This document shows positions 9,037 through 18,382 of a stretch of 64,000 bases of DNA, one piece after another. The notes below the pieces were generated by a model. The model saw nothing but the letters and a program-made list of their open reading frames with translations, was not told the origin of the DNA and made no database searches. The translations under genes and the position numbers were made by a program. This DNA is from Nanobdellota archaeon (GTDB lineage: Archaea > Nanobdellota > Nanobdellia > Pacearchaeales > GW2011-AR1), in assembly GCA_024654565.1 (NCBI GenBank), contig JANLHM010000010.1:1461-65460 (forward strand). Reading direction: 5' to 3'. Within the stretch, counting starts at the first letter, position 1. Each line of letters opens with the position of its first letter.

Positions 9037-9423
9037 ATGGAAAGTTTTTATGGAAAGTGTTACCAAATTTTAAGAAAAGTCCCAAAAGGAAAAGTAACAA
9101 CTTACAAAGAAATTGCAAAAGTTCTTAATTCAAAAGGATACCGTGCTGTTGGAACTGCAATGAACAAGAACCCCCATAGTTTCATTGCAAATGCGGTTTC
9201 ATCGGAGGCATTAAGTAACCGCCGTTCCGCACTTCGAGGGACTGCAATGAACAAAAATCCTTATGCACCTCTAACCCCCTGCCACAGAGTTATAAATTCG
9301 AATGGAAAAGTTGGAAAGTTTGCACATGGGACAAGAAAGAAGACTGAAATGTTAAATTCTGAAGGAATAAAAATAATAAACGGAAAAATTGATTTGAAAA
9401 AATACGGGTTTAAGTTTACATAA
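9037..9423 (+). CDS. ogt: Methylated-DNA-protein-cysteine methyltransferase (short Ogt/MGMT, DNA-binding/active-site domain only) carrying a 29-aa in-frame insertion
   Basis: VPKGKVTTYKEIA...YRAVGTAMNKNP...PCHRV has the active-site PCHR motif. GTAMNKNP occurs twice, bracketing an insert (see findings). Confidence 0.8.
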   Translation: MESFYGKCYQILRKVPKGKVTTYKEIAKVLNSKGYRAVGTAMNKNPHSFIANAVSSEALSNRRSALRGTAMNKNPYAPLTPCHRVINSNGKVGKFAHGTRKKTEMLNSEGIKIINGKIDLKKYGFKFT

Positions 9424-9437
9424 ATTTATATAAAACT

Positions 9438-9563
9438 GTGGGAGCGAACATCCTTATCTCTCCCAAATACAAATGTTTCAGAGAATAGAGAAGTGAGGGC
9501 GAACATCCTTATCTCTCCCAAATACAAATGTTTCAGAGAATAGAGAAGTGAGGGCGAACATCT
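9438..9563. repeat. 55-nt tandem repeat, two identical full units plus partial flanks
   Basis: The unit GCGAACATCCTTATCTCTCCCAAATACAAATGTTTCAGAGAATAGAGAAGTGAGG begins at 9444 and again, identical, at 9499. A third copy begins at 9554 and diverges after 9 nt. Confidence 0.9.
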
Positions 9564-9602
9564 CCATTGTCATTAATTACTGTTCTTTTCGACAATGCGG
9601 GA

Positions 9603-9685
9603 TGTGAGGGACAGGGTTCGAACCTGCGTAGGCATAAGCCACTGCCGCTTAAAGGCAGCCCGTTTGACCACTCCGGCACCCCCAC
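9603..9685 (-). tRNA. tRNA-Leu (anticodon UAA), class II with long variable arm
   Basis: Hand-folded. Acceptor GTGGGGG/CCCTCAC (one G-U). Anticodon stem CTGCC/GGCAG with loop TTTAAGC. Variable hairpin GGC-TTAT-GCC. T arm GCAGG-TTCGAAC-CCTGT. Discriminator A. No encoded CCA. Confidence 0.85.
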
Positions 9686-9914
9686 ACATTACTTTCAGTT
9701 GTTGGATGAGCTAAAGACATTTGCAACATCCGACATCCCAACATTAATAAAAAAATAAATAAGGATTGGCTTAAAAATTTACCTGTTGATCCGAGTTCAG
9801 GTTCAAGGAAAATTCTTGAGAGAAATAAAAGAACTCCATAAGAATATGAAGTTACCATTATCTAATTACTATATATTCCAAAGATTTTTAAATAATAATT
9901 AATAAAAAAAGATT

Positions 9915-10769
9915 ATGAAAAAACTAAGAAACTTCCTTTATGCGGCGACTTTAACCCCATTTATTTTTTTTGGATGTGAAGAAAATACTAAAAATCCAAG
10001 CAATTCCAAACCTGAAAAGTCAGAAGAAATTGTAATTCCAAGTTCTTCACCAGAAATTATAAAACCAACCCTATACCATGAAATTTATGATTCTCTTGAA
10101 AATAAATTTTTAGAAATTCCAGGGGGAATTGAAGAAAAAGTATTAAATAAAAACATAAGATATATTGATAAAAAAGGATTAAGGAAGTACAAAATTGTAG
10201 ACAGTGTGGAAAACAATTCTAAATTCAGAAATTTAGAAGATTTAGAAGGTGGGCTTTCTCAATTGTTAACTATAAATATGATGATTAATAACTTTAAAAC
10301 AATAAAAAAAGTAGATGAAACCAATGTTAAAGATTTGGAAGAAAAATACATCCCCCTTAAAAGTCTCATGAACAAAATTGATTCAATTAAGAACAAAAAT
10401 AAAAAAAATGATTATTTAGCTTTTAAGAAGATATACGAAAAAATATGGGAAGGAATATACCCTAGTTATGACAACACAAACCTCCCCATTGAAGAAGTTA
10501 TTTCTGGTAAAGGAGGGGTATGTAGAGACATTGTTTCAACATATTTTCCTTTATTGTCCTATTATGGATATGAAGTTGGTTTTAAAATAGGGGGAATTGG
10601 TGAAGCTCTCCACATTTGGCTTTACTCAAAAATTGGAGAGGATGGTTTTGAAATTGATCCATCGTGGTACGGAGAGAACATGATTCCTTTAGAAGGGAGA
10701 ATCAAAAATGACTCTACATACAACACCCTAAAAGAAGAATTCATGAAAAAGAAACGAACTAAAAAATAG
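9915..10769 (+). CDS. Lipoprotein with C-terminal transglutaminase-like Cys-His-Asp core
   Basis: Lipobox-like signal ...TPFIFFGC. The C-terminus GGVCRDIVSTYFPLLSYYGYEVGF...ALHIWLYSK...FEIDPSW matches the TGase-core spacing (C...H-x-W...D). Confidence 0.6.
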   Translation: MKKLRNFLYAATLTPFIFFGCEENTKNPSNSKPEKSEEIVIPSSSPEIIKPTLYHEIYDSLENKFLEIPGGIEEKVLNKNIRYIDKKGLRKYKIVDSVENNSKFRNLEDLEGGLSQLLTINMMINNFKTIKKVDETNVKDLEEKYIPLKSLMNKIDSIKNKNKKNDYLAFKKIYEKIWEGIYPSYDNTNLPIEEVISGKGGVCRDIVSTYFPLLSYYGYEVGFKIGGIGEALHIWLYSKIGEDGFEIDPSWYGENMIPLEGRIKNDSTYNTLKEEFMKKKRTKK

Positions 10770-10844
10770 GAGTCTTGTGATAAGTCCCCTCTTAAAAAAC
10801 GAAAAGACCACCAATTATATAAATAATTTTAATCATCTTAAAAA

Positions 10845-13448
10845 ATGATAAAAAAGGTGAAATTTTTATTTTTTATATTTCTAATTTTGGGGATTGTAGT
10901 AATGTCTTCAGAACAAATCTTTGCAGAAAAAATTGATGAAAAAGTGATTGGAAAATTGGAAAAAAATAATTATATTAATGTTTTTATTCAATATTCAGAC
11001 AAAATAAAAAAGGGATTTTTGAATGAAGAAAAAAATTCAATTTTGGAAAAAGAAAAAATAAGGCACGAGTTTAACGAGGGGATTTCTGCAAAAATATCAA
11101 AAAGTGATTTGAAAAAACTAAAAACAAATGCAAATGTTGAATCTATCACTCTTGTTGGAACAAAAAGAATTTTCCTAGAGGATTCTATTCCTCTTGTGAA
11201 TGCAACAAATTCTTGGAATACTCAAATATATGGTGTAAACCTAACTGGAGAGGGGGAGACAATTTGCATTCTTGACACAGGTGCAGATTTCACTCATCCA
11301 GACCTTCAAAACAAAAATTTAACGTGCGTTGTAGATTGCATTTCCGATTCATGCATTCCAAACTGTTCTGTAGGGGATGACAACGGACATGGAACACACG
11401 TTGCAGGAATTGTTGCAGCAAATGGAAACCTAAAAGGTGTTGCTCCCGATGCAAATTTAATTGGAGTAAAAGTATGTGATGCAGAAGGATCATGTTCTGA
11501 AGACGATATTCTGGCAGGAATTGACTGGTGCATAGGAAATCAAGATACTTATAACATCTCAATTATCAGTATGAGTCTTGGAGGGGGGCAATACTCTGAT
11601 TACTGCGACAACGAACCAGGGGAATCGGTGTTTGCTTCTTCAATAAATAACGCAATTTCAAAAAATATTTCTGTTGTTGTTGCAACAGGAAATACTAATG
11701 AGGTTTTCACAAATGCAACAGCAGGAATTGCTTCCCCTGCATGCATAGAAAATGCAACAAGAGTAACGGCAACAAGTAAATCTGACAACCTGGCTTCTTT
11801 TGCATTCAGACATGAATTTTTTACAGATATTTTAACCGCTCCAGGAGTTTCAATAAATTCAACTTATCTTGATAATTCTTATTCTATAAATTCAGGAACC
11901 TCCATGTCAGCCCCCCATGTTTCGGGAGCCTTTGCAATAATAAATCAGTTTAAAAGACTAGAATTAAACAAAACTTTAACCCCTTTAGAAATAACTTCAT
12001 CTTTAAACAATTCTGGGAAAAAAGTATTTGATTCTTCAACCGGGAAAAACTTTTCAAGAATTGACGTTTATTCATCAATCTTGTCTTTAGATGAAGTTCC
12101 TCCTGAAATTAATTTAATTTCTCCCTTAAATTTGACTCTTGAACCTTCAAACTACACTTTTTCCTGCAACGCAACAGATTTTTTACAACTTTCAAACCTT
12201 ACTCTCACAATATGGAACTCTTCGGCAATATATTTCCAAAATACAACGAATGCAGTTTTGAATTCACTAACAATTGAAGAGAATGTAACTCTTTTAAGCG
12301 ATGAGTATACATGGAGCTGTGAAGCTTCGGACCAGCTGGGAAATTTTGCTATATCCTCTAATCAAACCATCATAACTTTCTTGACAACGATTCAATTGTC
12401 TCCGGAAAACAACACAAAAACAAACCAAAACTTTCTTTTTGAATGTTCTTCTTTTTCAACAGGCGAACTTTCAAACATTACCTTCTCTTTGTGGAACTCT
12501 TCTGAATTAGAACATTCTGAAACAAAGAATATTTCCGGAAACTCCAACTCAACAGAGTTTGAATACTCTTTTAATGAAGAGGGATTGTACTTCTGGAACT
12601 GCCTTGTATTCGACACGGAAGGAAATTCCAGTCTATCTTCAAATTTTTCAATAAATTATGATTTGACTGAACCAGTTGTAAGTCTAACATCTCCTGAAAA
12701 CGCTCATTCAACAACAACCAATTCGATAAATTTTCAGTACGAAGTAACTGAAGAAGTTGGAACCCAAAGCTGTTCACTTTTAATAGATAATGAAATAGTT
12801 GAGTCCAACCAATCTGAAATTATTAATTCAACAAATACTATTTCGCATTCACTTTCCGTTGGAAGTTATGAATGGAAAGTCTCTTGTATTGACGAAGCTG
12901 GAAATACGGGAAATTCGTCAAGCAGAACATTGACAATGAGAAGCCCTTCTTCTGGTGGAGGTGGAGGAGGAACCAGCTCTTCATCACAAAACATCCCAAC
13001 CGACACTACTATTAAAATTAATTTGTCAAGTGAAGAACTTGAAAAAGGAATAACAAAAATATTTAACAAAAGTCGAAAAATAACTTTTGAATACCTTTCC
13101 AAAACTTATGAATTGTCAATAAATTCAATTGGTAATAATGAAGTTAACTTCCTAATTCAAAATCACTCAAGCTTCACTATAAAAATAAACGAAATTAAAA
13201 AATTAAATCTTAACAAAGATGACTTTTATGACCTAGAAATTATTGTCTTAAATGTTTCAGAGAAAGAGGCAGAAATTTTCTTGAGAAGACTAAACGAAGA
13301 AATTAACTCAAAAACGGTTTTTGAAGAAGAACCCACTGAAGAAGAAGTTGGAGAAAAAAATAAATCATTTTTTAGCTTAATAGCTGACTTTTTCAAAAAC
13401 CTTTTCAGAAAAATTTTTGGAAGATTCTTAAATCTACTTCTTGTCTAA
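10845..13448 (+). CDS. Secreted subtilisin-family (S8) serine protease with three Ig-like repeats, Gly/Ser linker and C-terminal hydrophobic tail
   Basis: Catalytic triad motifs ICILDTGAD, HGTHVAGIVAA and SGTSMSAPHVSGA. N-terminal signal peptide. Very many N-x-S/T sequons. A GGGGGG tract. Confidence 0.9.
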   Translation: MIKKVKFLFFIFLILGIVVMSSEQIFAEKIDEKVIGKLEKNNYINVFIQYSDKIKKGFLNEEKNSILEKEKIRHEFNEGISAKISKSDLKKLKTNANVESITLVGTKRIFLEDSIPLVNATNSWNTQIYGVNLTGEGETICILDTGADFTHPDLQNKNLTCVVDCISDSCIPNCSVGDDNGHGTHVAGIVAANGNLKGVAPDANLIGVKVCDAEGSCSEDDILAGIDWCIGNQDTYNISIISMSLGGGQYSDYCDNEPGESVFASSINNAISKNISVVVATGNTNEVFTNATAGIASPACIENATRVTATSKSDNLASFAFRHEFFTDILTAPGVSINSTYLDNSYSINSGTSMSAPHVSGAFAIINQFKRLELNKTLTPLEITSSLNNSGKKVFDSSTGKNFSRIDVYSSILSLDEVPPEINLISPLNLTLEPSNYTFSCNATDFLQLSNLTLTIWNSSAIYFQNTTNAVLNSLTIEENVTLLSDEYTWSCEASDQLGNFAISSNQTIITFLTTIQLSPENNTKTNQNFLFECSSFSTGELSNITFSLWNSSELEHSETKNISGNSNSTEFEYSFNEEGLYFWNCLVFDTEGNSSLSSNFSINYDLTEPVVSLTSPENAHSTTTNSINFQYEVTEEVGTQSCSLLIDNEIVESNQSEIINSTNTISHSLSVGSYEWKVSCIDEAGNTGNSSSRTLTMRSPSSGGGGGGTSSSSQNIPTDTTIKINLSSEELEKGITKIFNKSRKITFEYLSKTYELSINSIGNNEVNFLIQNHSSFTIKINEIKKLNLNKDDFYDLEIIVLNVSEKEAEIFLRRLNEEINSKTVFEEEPTEEEVGEKNKSFFSLIADFFKNLFRKIFGRFLNLLLV

Positions 13449-13655
13449 TTTAACTCCAAGTTCTTCAAGCCTTGAAAGATGCATAGACATTATCTTTTCA
13501 ACGTTTTCAACCATTCTTAAAAGTTCCATTCTCTCCGCAGCAAGAGTATTAAGTGAACCTTGATGAAACCCAGTTTCCGCTTCTTTACTCATTTTTGGGA
13601 CTTCTTTTTCTTTCTTTGAAAGAGATTTCTCAAGACTTTCTTTGTTTATTTCCAT
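13434..13655 (-). CDS. Small hypothetical coiled-coil protein
   Basis: 73-aa ORF with no motif. It is convergent with the protease gene and overlaps it by 15 nt. Confidence 0.35.
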   Translation of the reverse strand: MEINKESLEKSLSKKEKEVPKMSKEAETGFHQGSLNTLAAERMELLRMVENVEKIMSMHLSRLEELGVKLDKK

Positions 13656-13906
13656 TTTAACCTTTTATCCCCCTTTACCCTTCTCTCTAAATTTATGTGC
13701 CTGCCATGTCTATTCCCCTTAACAATTTTTGAAGACTTTGCATAACAAGGAAACGAAATTTTTTCCTTTTGAACATTGGAAAAGTCATGCATTTTTTCTA
13801 AATAAGAATTGTATTGTTTTTTTGAAGTATATGGAATATTAAAGAGGATGTCTTTAAGTAAAAGATCAAATGAAAAAAGAGTATAAAACATTAGTAAGTT
13901 AAACAT
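13646..13906 (-). CDS. Hypothetical small basic protein (doubtful)
   Basis: 86-aa ORF downstream of trxB on the same strand. No motif. Start uncertain. Confidence 0.25.
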   Translation of the reverse strand: MFNLLMFYTLFSFDLLLKDILFNIPYTSKKQYNSYLEKMHDFSNVQKEKISFPCYAKSSKIVKGNRHGRHINLERRVKGDKRLKWK

Positions 13907-13945
13907 GAAAATTAAAAGGAAAAGGGTTTTTTAAAAATTTGGGGT

Positions 13946-14866
13946 TTATTTTTCCTTAATTTCTTCATAATACCTTTCAGCTTCTATAGCTGCCTCGCAA
14001 CCTGTCCCCGCGGCAGTTATCGCCTGTTTATAAAGAGTATCCTGAACATCTCCTGCAGCATATACTCCGGGAAGATTTGTTTTCATTCTTCTGTCAGTTT
14101 TTATAAAACCATGTTCATCTAAATCAATTATTCCGTCGAAAATCTTTGTGTTAGGAATGTGCCCAATTGCAAGGAAAACCCCGTCAGTTAAAAATTCTTT
14201 TTTTTCACGATTTTTATTGTTTTTTATAACAACCTTTCTAAGTGGAGCTTCTCCAAGAAGTTCAATAATCTCTGAATTAAACATTATTTCAATTTTGGGG
14301 TTTTTTTTAACCCTCTCCTGCATTATTTTACTTGCCCTAAATCCATTTCCCCTGTGAACAATTGTCACTTTCTTTGCAAATTTTGTTAAAAAATTAGCTT
14401 CTTCCATTGCAGAGTCTCCTCCCCCAACAACAAAAATTTCTTTGTTTTTATAAAAAAATCCATCACACGTTGCACATGTATGCATTCCCCGACCTTGAAA
14501 CTTTTTTTCATCAGGTAACCCGAGCCACCTTGCTGAAGCTCCAGTTGAGATTATAAATATCTTTGAAGAAAATTTCTCTTTTCCAACCTGAATTTCATAT
14601 CCATCTTTTACTTTCTTAAAACTAGTAACACTTTTTTGAATTACCTTTGTTCCAAATTTTTCTGCTTGAGTTCTCAAATTCTGCATAAGTTCTGGACCCA
14701 TTATCCCTTCAGGAAAACCAGGAAAGTTCTCAACAACAGTCGTGAGCATCAACTGACCCCCTTCTTCAATTCCAGTAAACATCAAAGGATCCAAATTTGC
14801 CCTCCCTGCATAAATTGCAGCAGTCCATCCTGAAACCCCTGCCCCAATTATGATTAACTTTTCCAT
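13946..14866 (-). CDS. trxB: Thioredoxin reductase
   Basis: FAD-binding IIGAGVSGWTAAIYAGR, redox-active CATCDG, and a second dinucleotide fold VVGGGDSAMEEA. Confidence 0.9.
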   Translation of the reverse strand: MEKLIIIGAGVSGWTAAIYAGRANLDPLMFTGIEEGGQLMLTTVVENFPGFPEGIMGPELMQNLRTQAEKFGTKVIQKSVTSFKKVKDGYEIQVGKEKFSSKIFIISTGASARWLGLPDEKKFQGRGMHTCATCDGFFYKNKEIFVVGGGDSAMEEANFLTKFAKKVTIVHRGNGFRASKIMQERVKKNPKIEIMFNSEIIELLGEAPLRKVVIKNNKNREKKEFLTDGVFLAIGHIPNTKIFDGIIDLDEHGFIKTDRRMKTNLPGVYAAGDVQDTLYKQAITAAGTGCEAAIEAERYYEEIKEK

Positions 14867-14978
14867 AAAGAAATAAACAAGATTTAATTTAAATAAGTTT
14901 GGAAGACATGAAAAATACTACAAGAAAATTATATTTGAGGGAATAAAAATTTAAAAACAAATTTTCTTTTACCTTTCA

Positions 14979-16025
14979 ATGAAAAGAATCCTAATCACAA
15001 AACCCTGTGGATATGGTGAACTAAAAATAGTTGAATCTCCAAGCTTGAAAATAAAAAAAGACGACGAAGTAATTGTTGAAACAAAATATTTCGGAGTGAA
15101 CTATTCCGAATGTTTAATCAGAATGGGAATTTACAAATCTGCAAAAGATCAATCAACTTACCCAATAACTCCAGGATTTGAATTTTCAGGAATTGTAAAG
15201 GAAAAAGGGAAGGCAGTTAAAAATTTCAAAGTCGGTGAAAAGGTTTTCGGAGTAGTAAAGTTCAATGCTTACGCAACCGAAGTTAAAGTTCCCGAAAATC
15301 AATTGTTCAAACTTCCAAAGAATTTAACTCTTGAAGAATCCGCCGGAGTTCCGGTTAATTTTCTCACAGCACATTATGCACTTATAAATTTAGGAAACCT
15401 GGAAAAAGGAAAGAAAATTTTAGTTCATTCAGCAGGAGGAGGAGTCGGAAGTGCAATTTTACAATTAGCAAAAGAAAAAGGGGCATTCGTTGTAGGAATT
15501 GTTGGAAACAAAAAGAAAATTGAAGTTGCAAAAAAATTCGGAGCAAACAAAGTGATTGATTACTCACAAGAAAATCTTTGGAAAAAAGCAGAAGAATTCT
15601 CTCCTGAAGGTTATGATTTGATCCTTGAACCAAATGGAATAAAAACAATAAAAGAAAGTTTTAATCACTTAGCACCGAGAGGGAAACTCATTGTTTACGG
15701 TTTCCAGTCAATGGTCCATGTTAAGAAAAATGGAAAAGTTGGAATACTAAATTGGCTAAAAGTTGCCTCAAAATACTTAAAGACCCCAAAATTTTCGCCC
15801 CTTGAGATGGCAAATGACAACAAAAGTGTAATGGGATTTAACCTCTCTTATTTATTCGATGAAAAAGAAATATTAAAAAATTCTGTAGAAGAAATTATTA
15901 AATTATTTGAAAAAAATAAAATTCTCCCGCCAAAAGTAAAAGTTTATTCATTTAAAGAAGTTGGGAAATCTCACAAAGCTCTTGAATCAAAAATGACTGT
16001 CGGAAAGTTAGTCATAAAAATATAA
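14979..16025 (+). CDS. Medium-chain dehydrogenase/reductase, quinone oxidoreductase (zeta-crystallin/VAT-1-like)
   Basis: Has the MDR layout with an NAD(P)-binding VHSAGGGVGSA motif and lacks the structural-zinc Cys cluster. Confidence 0.75.
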   Translation: MKRILITKPCGYGELKIVESPSLKIKKDDEVIVETKYFGVNYSECLIRMGIYKSAKDQSTYPITPGFEFSGIVKEKGKAVKNFKVGEKVFGVVKFNAYATEVKVPENQLFKLPKNLTLEESAGVPVNFLTAHYALINLGNLEKGKKILVHSAGGGVGSAILQLAKEKGAFVVGIVGNKKKIEVAKKFGANKVIDYSQENLWKKAEEFSPEGYDLILEPNGIKTIKESFNHLAPRGKLIVYGFQSMVHVKKNGKVGILNWLKVASKYLKTPKFSPLEMANDNKSVMGFNLSYLFDEKEILKNSVEEIIKLFEKNKILPPKVKVYSFKEVGKSHKALESKMTVGKLVIKI

Positions 16026-16056
16026 ATCTTTAAAACTAAAGTTTCTTCTTAAAGAA

Positions 16057-16614
16057 ATGGAAAAACTCTTGTTTATTGGTCCCCCTGGATGTGGAAAAGG
16101 AACTCAAGCAAAGCTTTTGGAGAAATTGGGATTTGTGCACTTTTCAAGTGGGGACTTAATAAGGTCTTCAAAAGACCCAGAAGTAATGGATTACGTAAAA
16201 AGTAACGGATATGTAAAAGGCACATATTTACGAGATGAAACAATTTACACCATGTTAAACAAAGCAATTTCAACTGTGCCTCAAACTTCAAGAGGATACG
16301 CATTAGATGGTTTTGTAAGAAATCTTCCTCAAGCAATAGATGCAAAAGAAAGAGAGCTTATTGACAAAGTGATATACTTCAAAATAAAAGAAAAGACTTC
16401 AATTGAGAGAAGAATAAACAGAAAAGAAGGAAGAACTGACGACGTCCCAGACTCAATGAAAAGTAGACTTGAAATATATAAAAAAGAAGTTCTTCCAATA
16501 ATTCCTTATTTAAAGAAAAACTTTAAATTTTATGAAATAGATGCAAATCCGAATGGAGAAGAGGGAATTAGAAAAATCCACGATGAAGTAAAGAAAGTTC
16601 TCAAATTAGATTAA
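16057..16614 (+). CDS. adk: Adenylate kinase
   Basis: P-loop IGPPGCGKGTQAK followed by SSGDLIR. Confidence 0.85.
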   Translation: MEKLLFIGPPGCGKGTQAKLLEKLGFVHFSSGDLIRSSKDPEVMDYVKSNGYVKGTYLRDETIYTMLNKAISTVPQTSRGYALDGFVRNLPQAIDAKERELIDKVIYFKIKEKTSIERRINRKEGRTDDVPDSMKSRLEIYKKEVLPIIPYLKKNFKFYEIDANPNGEEGIRKIHDEVKKVLKLD

Positions 16615-16648
16615 TTAAATTTATTAACATCTTTTTCTTAAAATTAAT

Positions 16649-18352
16649 ATGAAAGAGGAAGTGTTTAAATTAATAAAAAAGTCTCTTGGAAAGCTTAAAG
16701 TAAAAGTTGATGACGAAAAAATAAATTCATCAATTGAAATCCCAAAAGAGTATTCAAAAGGGGACTACGCCTTTCCATGTTTTGTTCTTGCGGGTATTAT
16801 GAAAATGCCTCCCCATGAAATTGCACTTGAAATTAAAAGAGAAATGGGAAATCACCCAGTTGACTTTGAAAACATAGAAATAGACGGGCCTTACGTAAAT
16901 TTTTTCCTTAACAGGAAAAACCTTGCATTTGAAACAATTAAAAAAATAAAAAAAGAGAAAGATGGATTCGGCAAGAATTCTGATGGAAAAAGTGAAAAAA
17001 CGATGATTGAGTTTCCTAGTCCAAACACAAATAAACCTCTTCACCTGGGTCACTTAAGAAATATGGCAATAGGAGAGAGTCTTTCAAGAATCTCTGAATT
17101 CAACGGAGAAAAAATTGTGAGAGCCAACTTAAACAATGACCGAGGAATCCACATATGTAAATCGATGTTAGCCTACCAAAAATGGGGAAAAGGAAAAAAA
17201 CCAGGAAAAGGTCTTAAGTCTGACCACCTCGTTGGAGAATTTTATGTTAAATATTCAAAACATGAAAAAGAAAACCCAGATATTGAAAAAGAGGCTCACG
17301 ACCTTTTAGGAAAATGGGAAAATGGGGACAAAGAAACAATTAAACTTTGGGAAAAAATGAACAAGTGGGCACTCGATGGATTTAAAGAAACATATGAAAA
17401 TTTTGGAATAAAACATGACAAAGAATATTTTGAAAATAAAATTTACAAAAAAGGAAAAGAACTTATTCTTGAAGGGGTAAAAAAAGGAGTGTTCCAGCAA
17501 CTTGAAGATGGATCAATCAAATTTGACCTAAAAAAAGAAGGACTTGGAGAAAAATATCTCTTAAGAGGGGACGGAACTTCCCTATACATAACACAAGACA
17601 TTTACCTTGCTTACCTTAAACAAAAAGAGTTTAGTATAACAAAAAGTTACTATGTCGTTGGAAACGAACAGGAATATCACTTTAAGGTTCTTTTTAGAGT
17701 ACTCGAGGAATTAGGAATTCAATTGAAAGGGTTAAAGCACCTTTCTTATGGGATGGTAAACCTCCCTGAAGGAAAAATGAAGTCACGTGAAGGAACTGTT
17801 GTTGACGCTGATAACCTCATTAATGAAATTGAAAAACTCTCAGGAAAAGAAATTTCAAAAAGGGAAAAAATTTCAGCAAAAGAGGTTGAAAAAAGAAGTC
17901 ACCTAATTGCCCTTGCAGGAATAAAGTATATGCTTCTTAAAATCGACATTGGAAAAAATATCCTCTTCAATCCAAAAGAATCAATATCTTTTGAAGGAAA
18001 CACGGGACCATATCTTCTTTACTCATATGCAAGAGCAAATTCAATACTAAAAAAATCAAAAAAAGAGGTAAATGTAAATCTCTCTGAAAAAATGGAAGAA
18101 AAAGAAATAAACTTAACTTTGAAACTCTCTGAATTTCCGGAAGTTGTAAAAAGGTCATACAAATCTCTCAACCCTTCAATAATCGCAAACTATTCATATG
18201 AACTTTCAAAAATATTTAATGAATTTTACCATGCACATGATGTTTTAGGGTCAAAAGAAGAAGAATTCAGATTAAGTTTGGTTGACAGTTTCAAACAAGT
18301 CCTGAAAAACTCCCTTTATCTCTTGGGAATTGATGTTCTTGAAAAAATGTAA
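16649..18352 (+). CDS. argS: Arginyl-tRNA synthetase
   Basis: Class I HIGH-type motif SPNTNKPLHLGHLRN, a KMKSREG (KMSK-like) motif, and the ArgRS C-terminal anticodon-binding region. Confidence 0.92.
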   Translation: MKEEVFKLIKKSLGKLKVKVDDEKINSSIEIPKEYSKGDYAFPCFVLAGIMKMPPHEIALEIKREMGNHPVDFENIEIDGPYVNFFLNRKNLAFETIKKIKKEKDGFGKNSDGKSEKTMIEFPSPNTNKPLHLGHLRNMAIGESLSRISEFNGEKIVRANLNNDRGIHICKSMLAYQKWGKGKKPGKGLKSDHLVGEFYVKYSKHEKENPDIEKEAHDLLGKWENGDKETIKLWEKMNKWALDGFKETYENFGIKHDKEYFENKIYKKGKELILEGVKKGVFQQLEDGSIKFDLKKEGLGEKYLLRGDGTSLYITQDIYLAYLKQKEFSITKSYYVVGNEQEYHFKVLFRVLEELGIQLKGLKHLSYGMVNLPEGKMKSREGTVVDADNLINEIEKLSGKEISKREKISAKEVEKRSHLIALAGIKYMLLKIDIGKNILFNPKESISFEGNTGPYLLYSYARANSILKKSKKEVNVNLSEKMEEKEINLTLKLSEFPEVVKRSYKSLNPSIIANYSYELSKIFNEFYHAHDVLGSKEEEFRLSLVDSFKQVLKNSLYLLGIDVLEKM

Positions 18353-18382
18353 GAAAAAAGGTCTTTTTTAAAATACCAAAAG

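Noticed and set aside
9438-9563. The 55-nt repeat array considered as a possible mini-CRISPR
   Set aside because: The units are directly contiguous with no spacers. There is no repeat-internal palindrome typical of CRISPR and no cas genes in the window. It is a plain tandem duplication.
9595-9745. Leader/trailer pairing around tRNA-Leu (GGGAT upstream with ATCCC downstream) considered as a bulge-helix-bulge processing stem or a non-canonical intron
   Set aside because: There are only 5 complementary bases, and the cloverleaf is complete without them. The evidence is insufficient without a folding or statistical test.
9567-9858. Track ORFs 9567-9758 (+) and 9649-9858 (-)
   Set aside because: Both run through the tRNA-Leu gene and its flanks. 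They have odd composition and no motif, so they are spurious.
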